Shown here one piece after another: positions 43,551 to 55,900 of a DNA stretch of 64,000 nt; position 1 is the stretch's first letter, and every line of letters starts with the position of its first letter. Source of the DNA: Macrostomum lignano (taxonomy: Eukaryota); assembly GCA_002269645.1 (NCBI GenBank), contig NIVC01000494.1:186001-250000 (forward strand), in the 5' to 3' direction. The translations under genes were made by a program, and so were the position numbers. The notes under the pieces are model-generated. The model had not been told where the DNA came from. It saw only the letters and a program-made list of their open reading frames with translations, and made no database searches.

Positions 43551-46227
43551 ATGGGTGTACGCGGCCTGAAGAAGCACCTGAAGCGGGTGAACGCCCCCCG
43601 GCACTGGATGCTGGACAAAATGTCCGGCTGCTTCGCCCCCAAGCCGGCCGCTGGGCCGCACAAAATGCGCGAATGCCTGCCGCTGTGCCTGTTCCTGCGC
43701 AACCGGCTGAAGTACGCGCTCACTTACAAGGAGACCACCAAGATTCTGGCCCAGCGCTCTATTAAGGTGAGATGCTAATCTGCATTTAAACTTTGAGTAA
43801 TTTGGTCTTTATACAGGATCAATAGTGCCTAACGAAGAGGGGTGAGAGCAGATAAGCATGGAAGGAAAAGGTGCGGAAAAGAGAAGAGTTGGATAGAGTA
43901 GGGAAGTTTAGAATAGAATGGGGAAGTATAGGATAGAATGGGGAAGTATAGAATAGAATGGGGAAGTATAGGATAGAATGGGGAAGTATAGAATAGAATG
44001 GGGAAGTATAGGATAGAATGGGGAAGTATAGAATAGAATGGGGAAGTATAGGATAGAATGGGGAAGTATAGGATAGAATGGGGAAGTAAAAATAGAATGG
44101 GGAAGTATAGAATAGAATGGGAAGTATAGGATAGAATGTGGAAGTATAGAATAGTATGGGGAAGTATAGGATAGAATGGAGAAGTATAGGATAGAATAGG
44201 GAAGTTTAGAATAGAATGGGGAAGTATAGGATAGAATGGGGAAGTATAGAATAGAATGGGGAAGTATAGGATAGAATGGGGAAGTAAAAATAGAATGGGG
44301 AAGTATAGAATAGAATGGGAAGTATAGGATAGAATGGGGAAGTATAGAATAGTATGGGGAAGTATAGGATAGAATGGGGAAGTATAGAATAGAATGGGAA
44401 GTATAGGATAGAATGGGGAAGTATAGAATAGTATGGGGAAGTATAGGATAGAATGGGGAAGTATAGAATAGTATGGGGAAGTATAGGATAGAATGGAGAA
44501 GTATAGGATAGAATGGGGAAGTAAGAATAGAATGGGGAAGTATAGAATAGAATGGGGAAGTAAGAATAGAATGGGGAAGTATAGGATAGAATAAATGAAG
44601 TATAGGAGAAAATGAGGAGTATTGGATCGAATGATATAAATAATATCGAAGCCGGAGGACAAATATTAAAAAGATATATGAAAAAGATAATGATAGGATA
44701 TAGAATAAAGAATAGAAAAGAGAAATGGGAAAATAGATAGAGTAGAGGGCTGTGATTAAAGAAGACGGATAAGACGGTAGAAGGAGCAAAGGATGCGAGA
44801 AAAGACACAAAAATGAAAGTGCTTTTTGAATTTCGAAAACCCCATTGAAATGCATTCATTTGGCAGTATTGCATCGTATCGCATCATCGCCTTCGCCCTG
44901 CTCAGGTGGACGCCCGCGTCCGCACGGACAAGCGATTCCCGGCCGGCTTCATGGACGTCATCAGCATCGAGCGGACTGGCGAGAACTACCGCCTGATCTA
45001 CGATGTGAAGGGTCGCTTCGCCTTGCACGCGATCACCCCTGAGGAGGCCAAGTATAAGCTGTGCCGCGTGCGCAGGTGAGTTATATCCGGGTCTTGATTT
45101 GTAGCTGCCGATATGTATCGAAGTCAGAAACACCTGATATTAGTGTTAGCACTACTCTATCAGAGTTGATGGTAAAATGGGATTTGCATTGACCCCATAC
45201 ATGCGCAACAGTCGGCCGAGTCGGCCGATCCGGCCGACCGATTTGGCGGCCAACCAAAGAAGTCGCAAAAATGGCCACCCGAAAAAACACCCAAGCAGTA
45301 GTACTAAGTAGCTGACGAGGCATTTTAGCTTAATAAGACAGTCATAGTTACTCCTGCCGTTTACCCAAAGTTGCGGTAATTTTGCTTTAGGGTTTTTTTA
45401 CATGTAAGTCGCATTTTTAGCCAAAAACTACGTCGCATTTTTTGTTAAAACTAAGTCGCACGGCCGACCGAATTTTGGAGGTTGCGCATGTATGATTGAC
45501 CCCAATTGGAGTGCTTTAAGTGTAGTATTTTAACATTCGGTTGTTTGTGTTTAAGCTACCGATATGTAGCGTTTATAACTTAATTAAGCCGTGGACACCT
45601 GATTACTGGTTGGCTGTCAGGCTACCGATTTATTAAGCCATTAACAATGTTGGCTATTGACACTACCCAAATCAATCTTATAGTTTTAAGAGTGGCCAAT
45701 TCTTCAAGTTAGTTTAATACTCAAGCTCCTAGTGGTAATTAAACTACCGACATGTATCGATAATAAGTTTGCAAAGCCAGTAAATAGCAACTATGCAACA
45801 GCGGTTCGCCCCGCCGTCTGTCCGCAGGGTGGCCACCGCCCATGGCAACGTGCCGCTGCTCAACACGCACGACGCCCGCACCATCCGGTACCCGGACCCG
45901 ATGGTGAAGGTCAACGATACGATCAGGGTGGACCTGGCCACCGGCAAGATCATCGACTTCGTGAAGTTCGAGCCCGGCAACCTGTGCATGATCACCGGCG
46001 GCGCCAACACCGGCCGAGTTGGCGTCATCACCCACAAGGAGCGTCACCCGGACTTTGACATTGTGCACGTGAAGGACTCGCTTGGCCACACCTTCGCCAC
46101 TAGGGAGAGCAACGTCTTCGTCATTGGCAAGGGCAACCAGCCCTGGGTGTCGCTGCCGCGCGGCAAAGGCGTCAAGCTGAGCATCGCCGAGGAGCGCGAC
46201 CGCCGCCTGGCTGTCACCCGCAAGTGA
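43551..46227 (+). CDS. RPS4: 40S ribosomal protein S4 (eS4); exons 43551-43766, 44906-45075, 45828-46227; 261 aa
   Basis: [65 protein letters not shown] and [14 protein letters not shown] introns in consistent phase give an intact ORF. Confidence 0.97.
43895..44600. repeat. 20-bp minisatellite (GGGGAAGTATAGRATAGAAT)n in RPS4 intron 1
   Basis: About 35 tandem units. Confidence 0.95.
45196..45494. mobile_element. MITE (CATACATGCGCAAC TIR), CpG-intact copy in RPS4 intron 2
   Basis: Perfect 14-bp TIR and perfect 8-bp TSD ATTGACCC. Confidence 0.92.
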
Positions 46228-46854
46228 GCAGCCGCTTTCAAGTTGGCCGTCTAAGATCCGCGAGTTTGAGCTGCCTGTCTGTGGTAGTGAACTACCACTG
46301 AGAGACTTACACGAGGGTTTTTGCGCACTGGTTTAACGCAGATCTGGTTGTCTGTTTCTAATTTGGAAGCAAATATAAACTATTAAACTTGGAAATGCTT
46401 CGAGTCTTTAAGCATATGCAGTTGTGCCAGCGAAAGCCATTGGATAAAAAATACTGTAACTATTCGCTTTTGTTGTTTTTATTTTTATCAAATAATGGAT
46501 AGAAAATTCTATAAAAAAGTAGACTTGATTAGAGTTAGGAATGACATTGAACTCTCGCCAAAAAAACTCTCCCAATATTTTTTTAAGAAACGAAGTTTCC
46601 CGTTTTTGATTCTTGATTCATAGTCCCTACAATATGTCGATCTTTTGAGTCGAGTCCTGGAGGGACGTCATTCAATTAACGAAACAGAATTGAAGTCTCC
46701 ATAAAGTTAGCTGTGCCTGCCATGTGGCCTCGTAGCTAGTGAGGCTGCAATATTCTCAGGCAGGGATTGCCAACCTCAACAGAGCGAAGCCTCTATCCGG
46801 CTCTCGGGTCCTTTGAAATTTAATTCACAATAGCAATCTGCCCGCTCAGGGTTT

Positions 46855-47215
46855 TTGTCTTCTCATCCCTCTTCCCAGTTCTCTCCTCTCTTCCCTCTTC
46901 TATTCTCACATCTCTTCTCTCCTTACTCCTCTCCCCCTCTACTCTCATTTCCCCCTCTCTTCTCTCATCTCAGCTCCTCTCTCCTCTCCCCTCTCTTTTC
47001 TCATCTAAGCTCCTCTCACCCCCTCTATTCTCTTATCTCTCTCCTCTCATCTTTCATCTCTCCTCTCCTCACCTCTCAATTGTCCTCTTCCCCCTCTCTT
47101 GTCTTATCTCTTTTCTTATCTTCTCTCATCGCATCTCTTATCTCGGCTCTCAACTGTCATCTCTCATATTATCTATTCTCTTCTCTCTCTTCTATTACCT
47201 GTTCCTCTCTCATTT
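46855..47215. repeat. CT-rich low-complexity tract
   Basis: Degenerate pyrimidine-rich sequence. Confidence 0.85.
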
Positions 47216-47249
47216 AGTCCGCAGCAATGATCTACATGTACGCAACAAA

Positions 47250-47565
47250 TACTTTACTGGCTCCTGTTCTAATTGACAGATTTGCAACCGACAGCTCAGC
47301 CGCAGCTAATATTGCACAGCGCATCTGAAGCTGCGTACGGCTGTTCAGTCCAAGGACTGGGGGGGGGGGGGGGTTCAACACAACCTCTATTGTACCCCAG
47401 CTAATGCTGGCACCCACTTTACAGCTGGGTGAACTGAAGCAATGCAGAGTTACAGTGTAGGTGTCTTGCTCAAGGGCACAATTTGTTTACAAGTGGGTCG
47501 AGAATCGAACCCCGACCTTTCAGTCGTGAGTCCCACCGACGCTCTAACCACTACGCTACAACCCC
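47250..47565 (-). mobile_element. tRNA-derived CORE-type SINE
   Basis: The minus strand reads GGGGTTGTAGCGTAGTGGTTAGAGCG...GGGTTCGATTC (A and B boxes), then TGTGCCCTTGAGCAAGACACC...CTTCAGTTCACCCAGCTGTAAAGTGGG, resembling the CORE domain. Confidence 0.85.
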
Positions 47566-48536
47566 TACTGATTGATGATAAATAATAAATGACGAAATTC
47601 AATGTTAAAAGCCGATTGTTCTCATAAAATTTGTTAATCATATTAAGTATGCGTATTTTATTTAACGGAAAAAGAGAAGAGTGGATTAGCTTTTAAAAAG
47701 TTTCTTTTCACGATAAAACATCATTATAAGCGCAAATTTTTCTTTAAAGAAACAGTATTATAAGGATGACTGCTAGAAATGGATATATAAAGTGCTCTAG
47801 ATCTCTACTAGTAGCACGGGACTATATGGAGCCGTGCGAGTAAAACGGAGAATGTACACTGCCAGTGTACAGCAACAGAATGTACATTACAAGCTAAAAA
47901 AATTCCTAGCCCATTTTCAATCCTCCGCTTTTCCTATTGGCTTAGAGTGCAGTCACCTGACAATGATTTCATCCAATGGCGGAATAGAAACGGTCGGGTG
48001 ATTCCCAAGGTCGAAAGTGAATATCCAAAGTCGTCTTTATTATGAGCAATTAGCTCGTACTATGATATGATGTACTATCTAAAGATTATACAATCAATCA
48101 TATATCTATTTTATATAGATATAAAAAGTCCATCAGCATTAAGATTTTTTGGTCCGATTTCAAATTTTCATTAAGCGATGGCAAATATTGTTGATACTAA
48201 TCAGTAAAACACGGTTTACAACGTCAATCAGAATAATTATTAGTAAATTAATGCCGGTCACAACATAGCAACTGAAAAATAACAGAACACGATCGAAGTG
48301 CATTATAGTTTGCATGCGGCACTTGTTTACACTGTCGCTGCTATGGTAACGGGGTGGATGGGTCAACGCTAAATCAATGCCTTAAAGAGTCTGGCTAAAA
48401 ATACACACATTTTCGTATAGAGATACAGGCAGATTGTGCTGCACTAAGAGGATTATAGCATGAACTGATTCGAATTTATTTACTGGGGTATGCTTAAAAA
48501 AGATGATCAATATTGGAAAGCAAAGAAAGGTAGAGC

Positions 48537-48893
48537 CAAGGACTACTCAAGTAGGACAGTGAACAATGGTTCTTAGAAAATGTTTAGAGCTAGTTTTTGC
48601 CGAAAAATATACTACGCAGATAGGAAGTTTTCATTTTTTCAGCACAAATCATAAAAATGCATGGCACAGCTTGACTCTGGTTTTATGAATCTTTTTTATC
48701 ATTTCTGTTACACATACTGTTACACAGTCAGCTAAGAATGATAAATTAGACCCATAAAACCAATTAGCCGAGCCGTGCCATTTTAATGGTTTTCAGGCAA
48801 ATGACATATGCAATTGTACATAATTGAAAACCAGCCTCATAAACATTTTCTAAGAAACGTAGTTTCCCGTCCTTCTAACTTGAGTAGTCCTTG
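48537..48893. mobile_element. P-like MITE related to the 38583-39635 element
   Basis: TIR CAAGGACTACTCAAG / CTTGAGTAGTCCTTG, flanks GGTAGAGC / AGTGGAGC (6 of 8), and a shared internal GAAAAA..TAC..CG..GATAGGAA motif. Confidence 0.75.
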
Positions 48894-49983
48894 AGTGGAG
48901 CATTTGAAGATTTATTTAAAACAACTTTCTGAGAGACCAATTTAGGCAATAAAAATAAAGGGGACAGATATTGACGGACATTCCTAACTGACTACTAACT
49001 AACAAACATTAATATAGTAGCAAATAAAGGAAAAATAACAAAAACACGTCATTGACCTTGAACCAAATTTGCAAATTTTACAATCAAAATAAAAATTAGT
49101 AACAGAAAACAAACCAAATTGAAGCAAATATTCTTATTTAAAAAGCAACAAAAGGAAAATCAAATATAATTAACAATTTAAGAGGATCACAAATTGCAAT
49201 CAACGGTCCGTCAGGATTTATACACACAGAATATGTAATATATATTGTATTTATATAGGATACCACAGATGCTACAATAACCAGATGGGCCACTCAGCAC
49301 ATTTGCGTGTAAGCTACTTTCAGTTCAGTAGTAAGTTAAACAGAAGCATTTTAATGTATTTTAAAGCCAAGGCTCATCATTTTATTGGCTCTTACCAACA
49401 CCCCTCCCCACTTAAACCCTCCCTCCAACCGCGCCTCTCCCACTACCCCCCCCCCTGTGTACATTTCAGTGAACTGGCTAATGTACGTTATGGCTGAACC
49501 AATTAGCAAGTTGTTTACGCCTGCAAGCTTGGGCTTCTAAACTTATCAAAGTCATTTCAGCTGCCTTTATTTTTATAAAATAGCTTATATATTCTTCTTT
49601 GCTACTGAACTGAAAGTAGAAAGCCTGTTTTACTAAGTGTATGTGCCTCAGTGGCCCATCTAGTCATTTTAGTATCTGTGTAAGGCTACAAGTCACCCGA
49701 AGCGCATTGCACGAATTTAAACACTTTTTATGAAATTTTCTGCAGGGTGAAAATTTAAAGATTTCATCTTATATTTAAAAAAACACAACAATCAAATAAA
49801 CAAACACAAAGACTGGAATTTCTTAACTGGCACGATAATATATAGATATCAGTATACCTAATTTATGTATACAGTTTTGCGATGAGAGAAAAAAAACGCC
49901 AAAAAGCGCGTACACGCTACTATCAACTAGTAGATTTTTTTTGTTTATCCAGTTTATGTTGTTTCCTTAATAAAACAGCAAAT

Positions 49984-52900
49984 TTAGCAACAACCCGAAC
50001 TGGACGATTTGACTGGCTGGGTGCCGCTGGGGCCAACTTTGATAGCCGGCTTGGCCTGCTGGCCCGCTGCCCCGGCTGCTGGGCCCATGCGAGATTTGAT
50101 CTCGCTAGCCATCGACATGAAGGCCTGCTCAACGTTCGTGGCATTCTTGGCGCTGGTCTCTAGGAATACTATGCCGAGCTTGTCGGCGTATTCCTGTTGC
50201 CATGGGCGGTGGCGTTAGTTAGTTTGCATTGTCTCTGCATGGCCTGAACTGATTATCTCTCCTATCTCATCTGTCTGATTCGTTTCATCTCCCCACCACA
50301 TTCTTATCTCTCCCCACCTCTGCTTATCTCCCCACCCCTCCTTATCTCTCCCCACCCATCCTTATCTCTCCCCACCCATCCTGATCTCTCCCACACCTCC
50401 TTATGTCTCCACACCCCTCCTTATCTTTCCCCACCCCTCCTTTTCTCTCTACCTCTTCCTTATCTCTCCCCACCCATCCTGATCTCTCCCACACCTCCTT
50501 ATGTCTCCACACCCCTCCTTATCTTTCCCCACCCCTCCTTTTCTCTCTACCTCTTCCTTATCTCTCCCCACCCATCCTGATCTCTCCCACACCTCCTTAT
50601 GTCTCCACACCCCTTCTTATCTTTCCCCACCCCTCATTTTCTCTCTACCTCTTCCTTATCTCTCCCCACCCATCCTTATCTCTCCCACACCTCCTTATGT
50701 CTCCACACCCCTTCTTATCTTTCCCCACCCCTCATTTTCTCTCTACCTCTTCCTTATCTCTCCCCACCCATCCTTATCTCTCCCACACCTCCTTATGTCT
50801 CCACACCCCTTCTTATCTTTCCCCACCCCTCATTTTCTCTCTACCTCTTCCTTATCTCTCCCCACCCATCCTTATCTCCCCACATTTTCCTTATCTCTCC
50901 TAACCCTCCTCATCTCCCAACCCCCTCCTAATCTCCCCCCACCCGCTTTTTATCTCCCCCACTTTTTTCTTTCCTTTCTACCCTCTCGACTCTCTCATAT
51001 TGTCCTGTTCCTGTTTCATAGTTCCTGTAAATAATTACTAAATAAAATTGTACCTTAGCGGTGGCAAAGTCCACCACTTTCTTGCTAGTTAAATCGCACT
51101 TGTTGCCAACCAACAATTTGTTGACATTCTCCGAAGCGTATTTGTCGATCTCTTGTAGCCAATTCTTAACGTTGTTGAACGACTCTTGGTCTGTGCAATC
51201 GTACACCACAATGATGCCATGGGCGCCTCGGTAATAAGACGAGGTGATGGTGCGGAAACGCTCCTGGCCAGCAGTGTCCCAGATCTGCAATTAATTAATA
51301 GATAATTCAGTGCCAATTGTACATACTACTATGCACTGTTGAGTCAGCTACAAACCTGCAGCTTGATAGTTTTTCCATCCAGCTCAATGGTACGAATCTT
51401 GAAATCAACTCCAATGGTACTGATGTAGCTCTCCGTGTAAGTGTCATCCGCAAAGCGCAACAATAGGCAGCTTTTGCCAACACCAGAGTCGCCAATCAGA
51501 AGCAACTTGAACAGATAGTCACTGATAGGGGGTAAGGGGGGAGGAAGCAATGAGCACTTGATATTTTGATAATTAACATGCTTGTAAAATAAAAAACCCA
51601 TTCATACATACAGAATAATTGAATAGGATTTACTATGCCTTCAGCTAAACATAGCAAAATATAGTATTAAAAATCAACTGCTAGTATCATTATATTGCAT
51701 ACTTAAGCATACTATAGAATCCAATCAAAGTATTCAACTTGGCTAGCTAGAAACTTTATAAGATTTTGTTATTTAATAGTTTAGTATAGCTTATTTGACT
51801 GGTAAAAAAACTTTTAATTAGCATATAAAAAAGTATCATTAACAAATAAATGGGTTGATAAGATTTGCCTGCCAAGATTTTCTTGCAATTGTGCCAAGAT
51901 TTGCCCACAGTGCATTTTGCCTACAAGTGAATGGCCTACCAAGTGTTTTCCCATTGAGAATTATCTGCAATGCTTCTTCCTGCAGCACATTTAGCCACAA
52001 GGCAGATTGTGTCTGCATTGCCCCTAAAAGTTGTCTTAGGGTTATTTTATTTCTATATACATGCAGGTACATTAGTAAGCTAATAATTCATGCATATGTC
52101 ATGCTACATTGTTCCTAAGGATTGCAATCCCGGGATCCTGGACACTTTTTGGCCTGATGGAATCCCAGAATTAGGGGCTCGGGATCCTAGTTTTGGAAAC
52201 TTTTTTGATAAAGTGGTGATATCCAAGAAATATCAAAATGTTTGTATTTTAAATACATTACACAAGTAACATTTGCGCGTTGTGATCATGATCCATGATT
52301 GTGACGTGACTCTCAATTCTCAAATTGTGATACAATACAAATTATACAATATATACAATATATGCGAGTCTCAAACTTGTGTTGTGTTTGTGTATTTGAC
52401 TACTTATATTACTTGTGTAACTTGTGAGGTTGTGTAACTTTGTGTTATGTACATAAAAGCATTGAAAAATGACTGGGAGATAATTTTGCATGCATGTATT
52501 ACGATTACGAGCTTGTAAGTTACAAGTATAGAAAATAACAAAACAAGAAAAGTAACCATTATATATTAGATAATAGATACTTGGTAATGCTGTCAAGTTG
52601 AGAAATATAAAATGTATTACATACTATTACTGTTTTACACATTTGTGTTCTCATTTTTAGTAAAATCAAATAGAAGTTATTACTTTTAAAAAATGTTTAA
52701 AAACAACGGGTTTTCTGGCATTCTATCAGCAAAAATATTTAAAATGTCAATCCTGGGATTGGGTCCGGGATCCTGGGATTGAGTCATTGTTTTGTCTGGG
52801 ATCCCAGGATTGTAGAACAGCTAGGATTTGCAAACCCTAATTGTTCCATATATCTCTTTATTAATTAAGACTTAAAATTGGGGGAGAGGCACAGCAGACA

Positions 52901-55900
52901 AGATCTGCCATGTGGCTAAATGTGCTGCAATAAAAACATTGTAGGCCTAAACAAACCTTGGTGCAAAAAATCTTGGTAGGCAATTTGCTTGTAGGCAAAT
53001 TGCATTGCAGGCAAATCTTGATAGGTAAATTGCTTATGAGCAAGCTGCATAATACACTGTAGGCAAATCTTGGCAGGCAAATATCTTATAGGCAAAACTC
53101 AATAGTCAATTCTTGTGCTCCATAAATAAATTTATAGAATAAAAAACTCATACAAAACTTTAAACAATAAATTTCTAAGCAAAATCCTTTGCTTCAAAAA
53201 TAACAACAAAAGGATACACTTTTGTAGGCCTATCCTTAGTATTATTTTATAGTATATGACTAGCAATATTTGCCCCCCGATGGGGGACACCTGGATAGAA
53301 TCCTTGTTCTTTACAAATAATAAATAGACCGCGAAATAAAGCCTTCATAAAAAACAACAGACATTCCCCCTAAAAATAAAACATCCCAAGACAGCAAGCA
53401 TCCTCAGATAGCATTCAAGCATCGATGCCCAGATAGCAAGCATCCCCTAGACAGCCAGCAACCCCTGATAGCAAGCATAACCTGGATACAAATGGTCCTG
53501 ATAGATAGCTAGCAACCCCCTCTCAGGTACCCTCCACCTCCCAAGGGCAAGCATCTCCCAATAGCAAGCATCCCTCAAATAGCAAGCATCCCCCAGATAG
53601 CAAGCATCCCCCAGATAGCAAGCATCCCCTAGATAGCAAGCATCCCTCAGATAGCAAGCATCCCCCAGATAGCAAGCATCCCCTAGATAGCAAGCATCCC
53701 CTTGATAGCAAGCATCCCCCAGATAGCAAGCATCCTCCCAATAGCAAGCAACCCCAGATAGCAAGCATCCCCCAGACCCCAGATAGTAAGCATCCCCCAG
53801 ACTGCAAGCAACCCCTGATAGCAAGCATTCCCCAGATAGCAAGCATCCCCCAGATAGCAAGCAACCCCAGATAGCAAGCATAACCTGGATACAAAGAGAC
53901 CTTATAGATATCTAGCAACTGCCTCTCAGATAGCAAGTACCCTCCACCCCCAAAGAGCAAGCATCTCCCAATAGCAAGTTACCCCAGTAGCAAGCATCCT
54001 TCCGATAGCAAGCATCCCCCCAATAGCAAGCATCCCTCGGATAGCAAGCATCCCCCTGATAGCAAGTATTCATCCTTAAATAGCAAGCATCCACCAGAGA
54101 ACAAGTAGCTAGTGCAACAATTTTATTTGCTTTATAGTGGTTCCATTTTGTTTGGCATGACACTTCTTTTTTATGTTTGAAATAGTGTCTCTTTAATGTT
54201 TGACATGGTGGCTTTTCTTTGTTTGACATGGTGTCTCTTTTATGTTTTGACATGGAATCAGCTATATGTTTGACATGGTGGCTCTTTTATGTTTGGCATG
54301 GTGGCTCTATTATGTTTGACATGGTAACTCTTGAATGTTTGACATGGTAGGTCTTTTATGTTTGACTTGGTGGCTCTTTAATTTTTGACATGATGCCTCT
54401 TTTATGTTTGACATGGTGGCTCTTGAATGCTTGACATGGTAGCTCTTTTATGTTTGACTTGGTGGCTCTTTAATGTTTGATATGGTGGCTCTTTAATGTT
54501 CGACATGGTGGCTCTTTTATGTTTGGCATGGTGGCTATTTTATGTTTGACATGGTGGCTCTTATATGTTTGGCATGATGGCCCTTTTTTATGTTTGACAT
54601 GGTAGGTCTTTAATGTTTGACATGGTGTCTCTTTTATGTTCGACATGGTGGCTCTTTAACATTTGACATGGTGGCTCTTGAATGTTTGACATGGTGGCTC
54701 TTTAATGTTTGACATGGTAGTTCTTTAATGTTCGACATGGTGGCTCTTTTATGTTTGGCATGGTGGCTCTTTTAAGTTTGATTTTGTGGCTCTTTTTATA
54801 TTTAGCATTATGTGCTTTTAAGGTGTTTTAATAAAAAAATCATTTTGCACTACTAAGATTCGAACCCAGGTCGCTACATTAGCATTCCACGGTTGGGCTG
54901 GAATAAGATTTTGGGGTAAAAAAATGCCCAATAAAACGACCACTGCAGTGTACACTGCAGTGTATAGAGGAACATCTCAGCTGCTAGGGGAATATTTTCT
55001 TAAAATGAAATCGGTTTGTCCTGACCAGTTATGCCTAATTATGTTAATTAGCTAGCATAATTAATTTATGTACTCGAAATTAGCCGCTTCCTTCGTGTGA
55101 AATCTCCTAAAAACTGCTTTTATGAGCTGTATTCGTATTAAAATCTGTAGCTATTTAATATCAATATATATTAGTATTAGTTATAGAAAGTGAGCACTTT
55201 GTAGTTCATATTATTAGTACTCAAAAATTAAAGAAAAAAATAGAAATATCCAGCATTTCAAAGAAAGGGTCTCTTCAAAACTGAGCAGCAGGTTGGACAT
55301 TTGGATAGCACCTATTAAAATTTATATCAATAAAATTAAATATATGATATAATTATAATATAACTTATATAGCAATTCATGATCAGTTTATGTTTAGCAT
55401 GCAGGTACTACGAGATACATGTCACAGATGAAGAAGAGAATATTGCTAATCTGAGCAGAAAAGTCTGGGTCAAAAGTTTTTTTAGATATTGAATATTTCT
55501 TTTGAATTACTTCCATTGCCAATAGAATCAATATTCAAACTTTTGGATGTTGAACTTTTAGATAGATCCCTTCACAAATAGTCATGGAAGTATTGCTCCT
55601 ATTATACTGTTTTTCTTCATCCATATAGTAGTGCTGGTAACAACAGCATGCAGCAAAGTAGGCTGCACAACACGACAGTAAATTTAGTCAAATGAAAAGC
55701 CATCACTGCATTAAATATGTCACTGCATTAGATATGCCAGCTGTTATACGCCACTGTTGCCTGCAGCAGCCTATTGCCGAACTGTGGGTGATCGGCTGGC
55801 AGCCTGTAGCGCTGCCAAGTCCGCTAGAAATCTGAGTGTGCGCTCTCTACTGCCTGTTCGCTACAAGTTCCAAGTGCACGACCAGTGCGATGGCAGAAGT

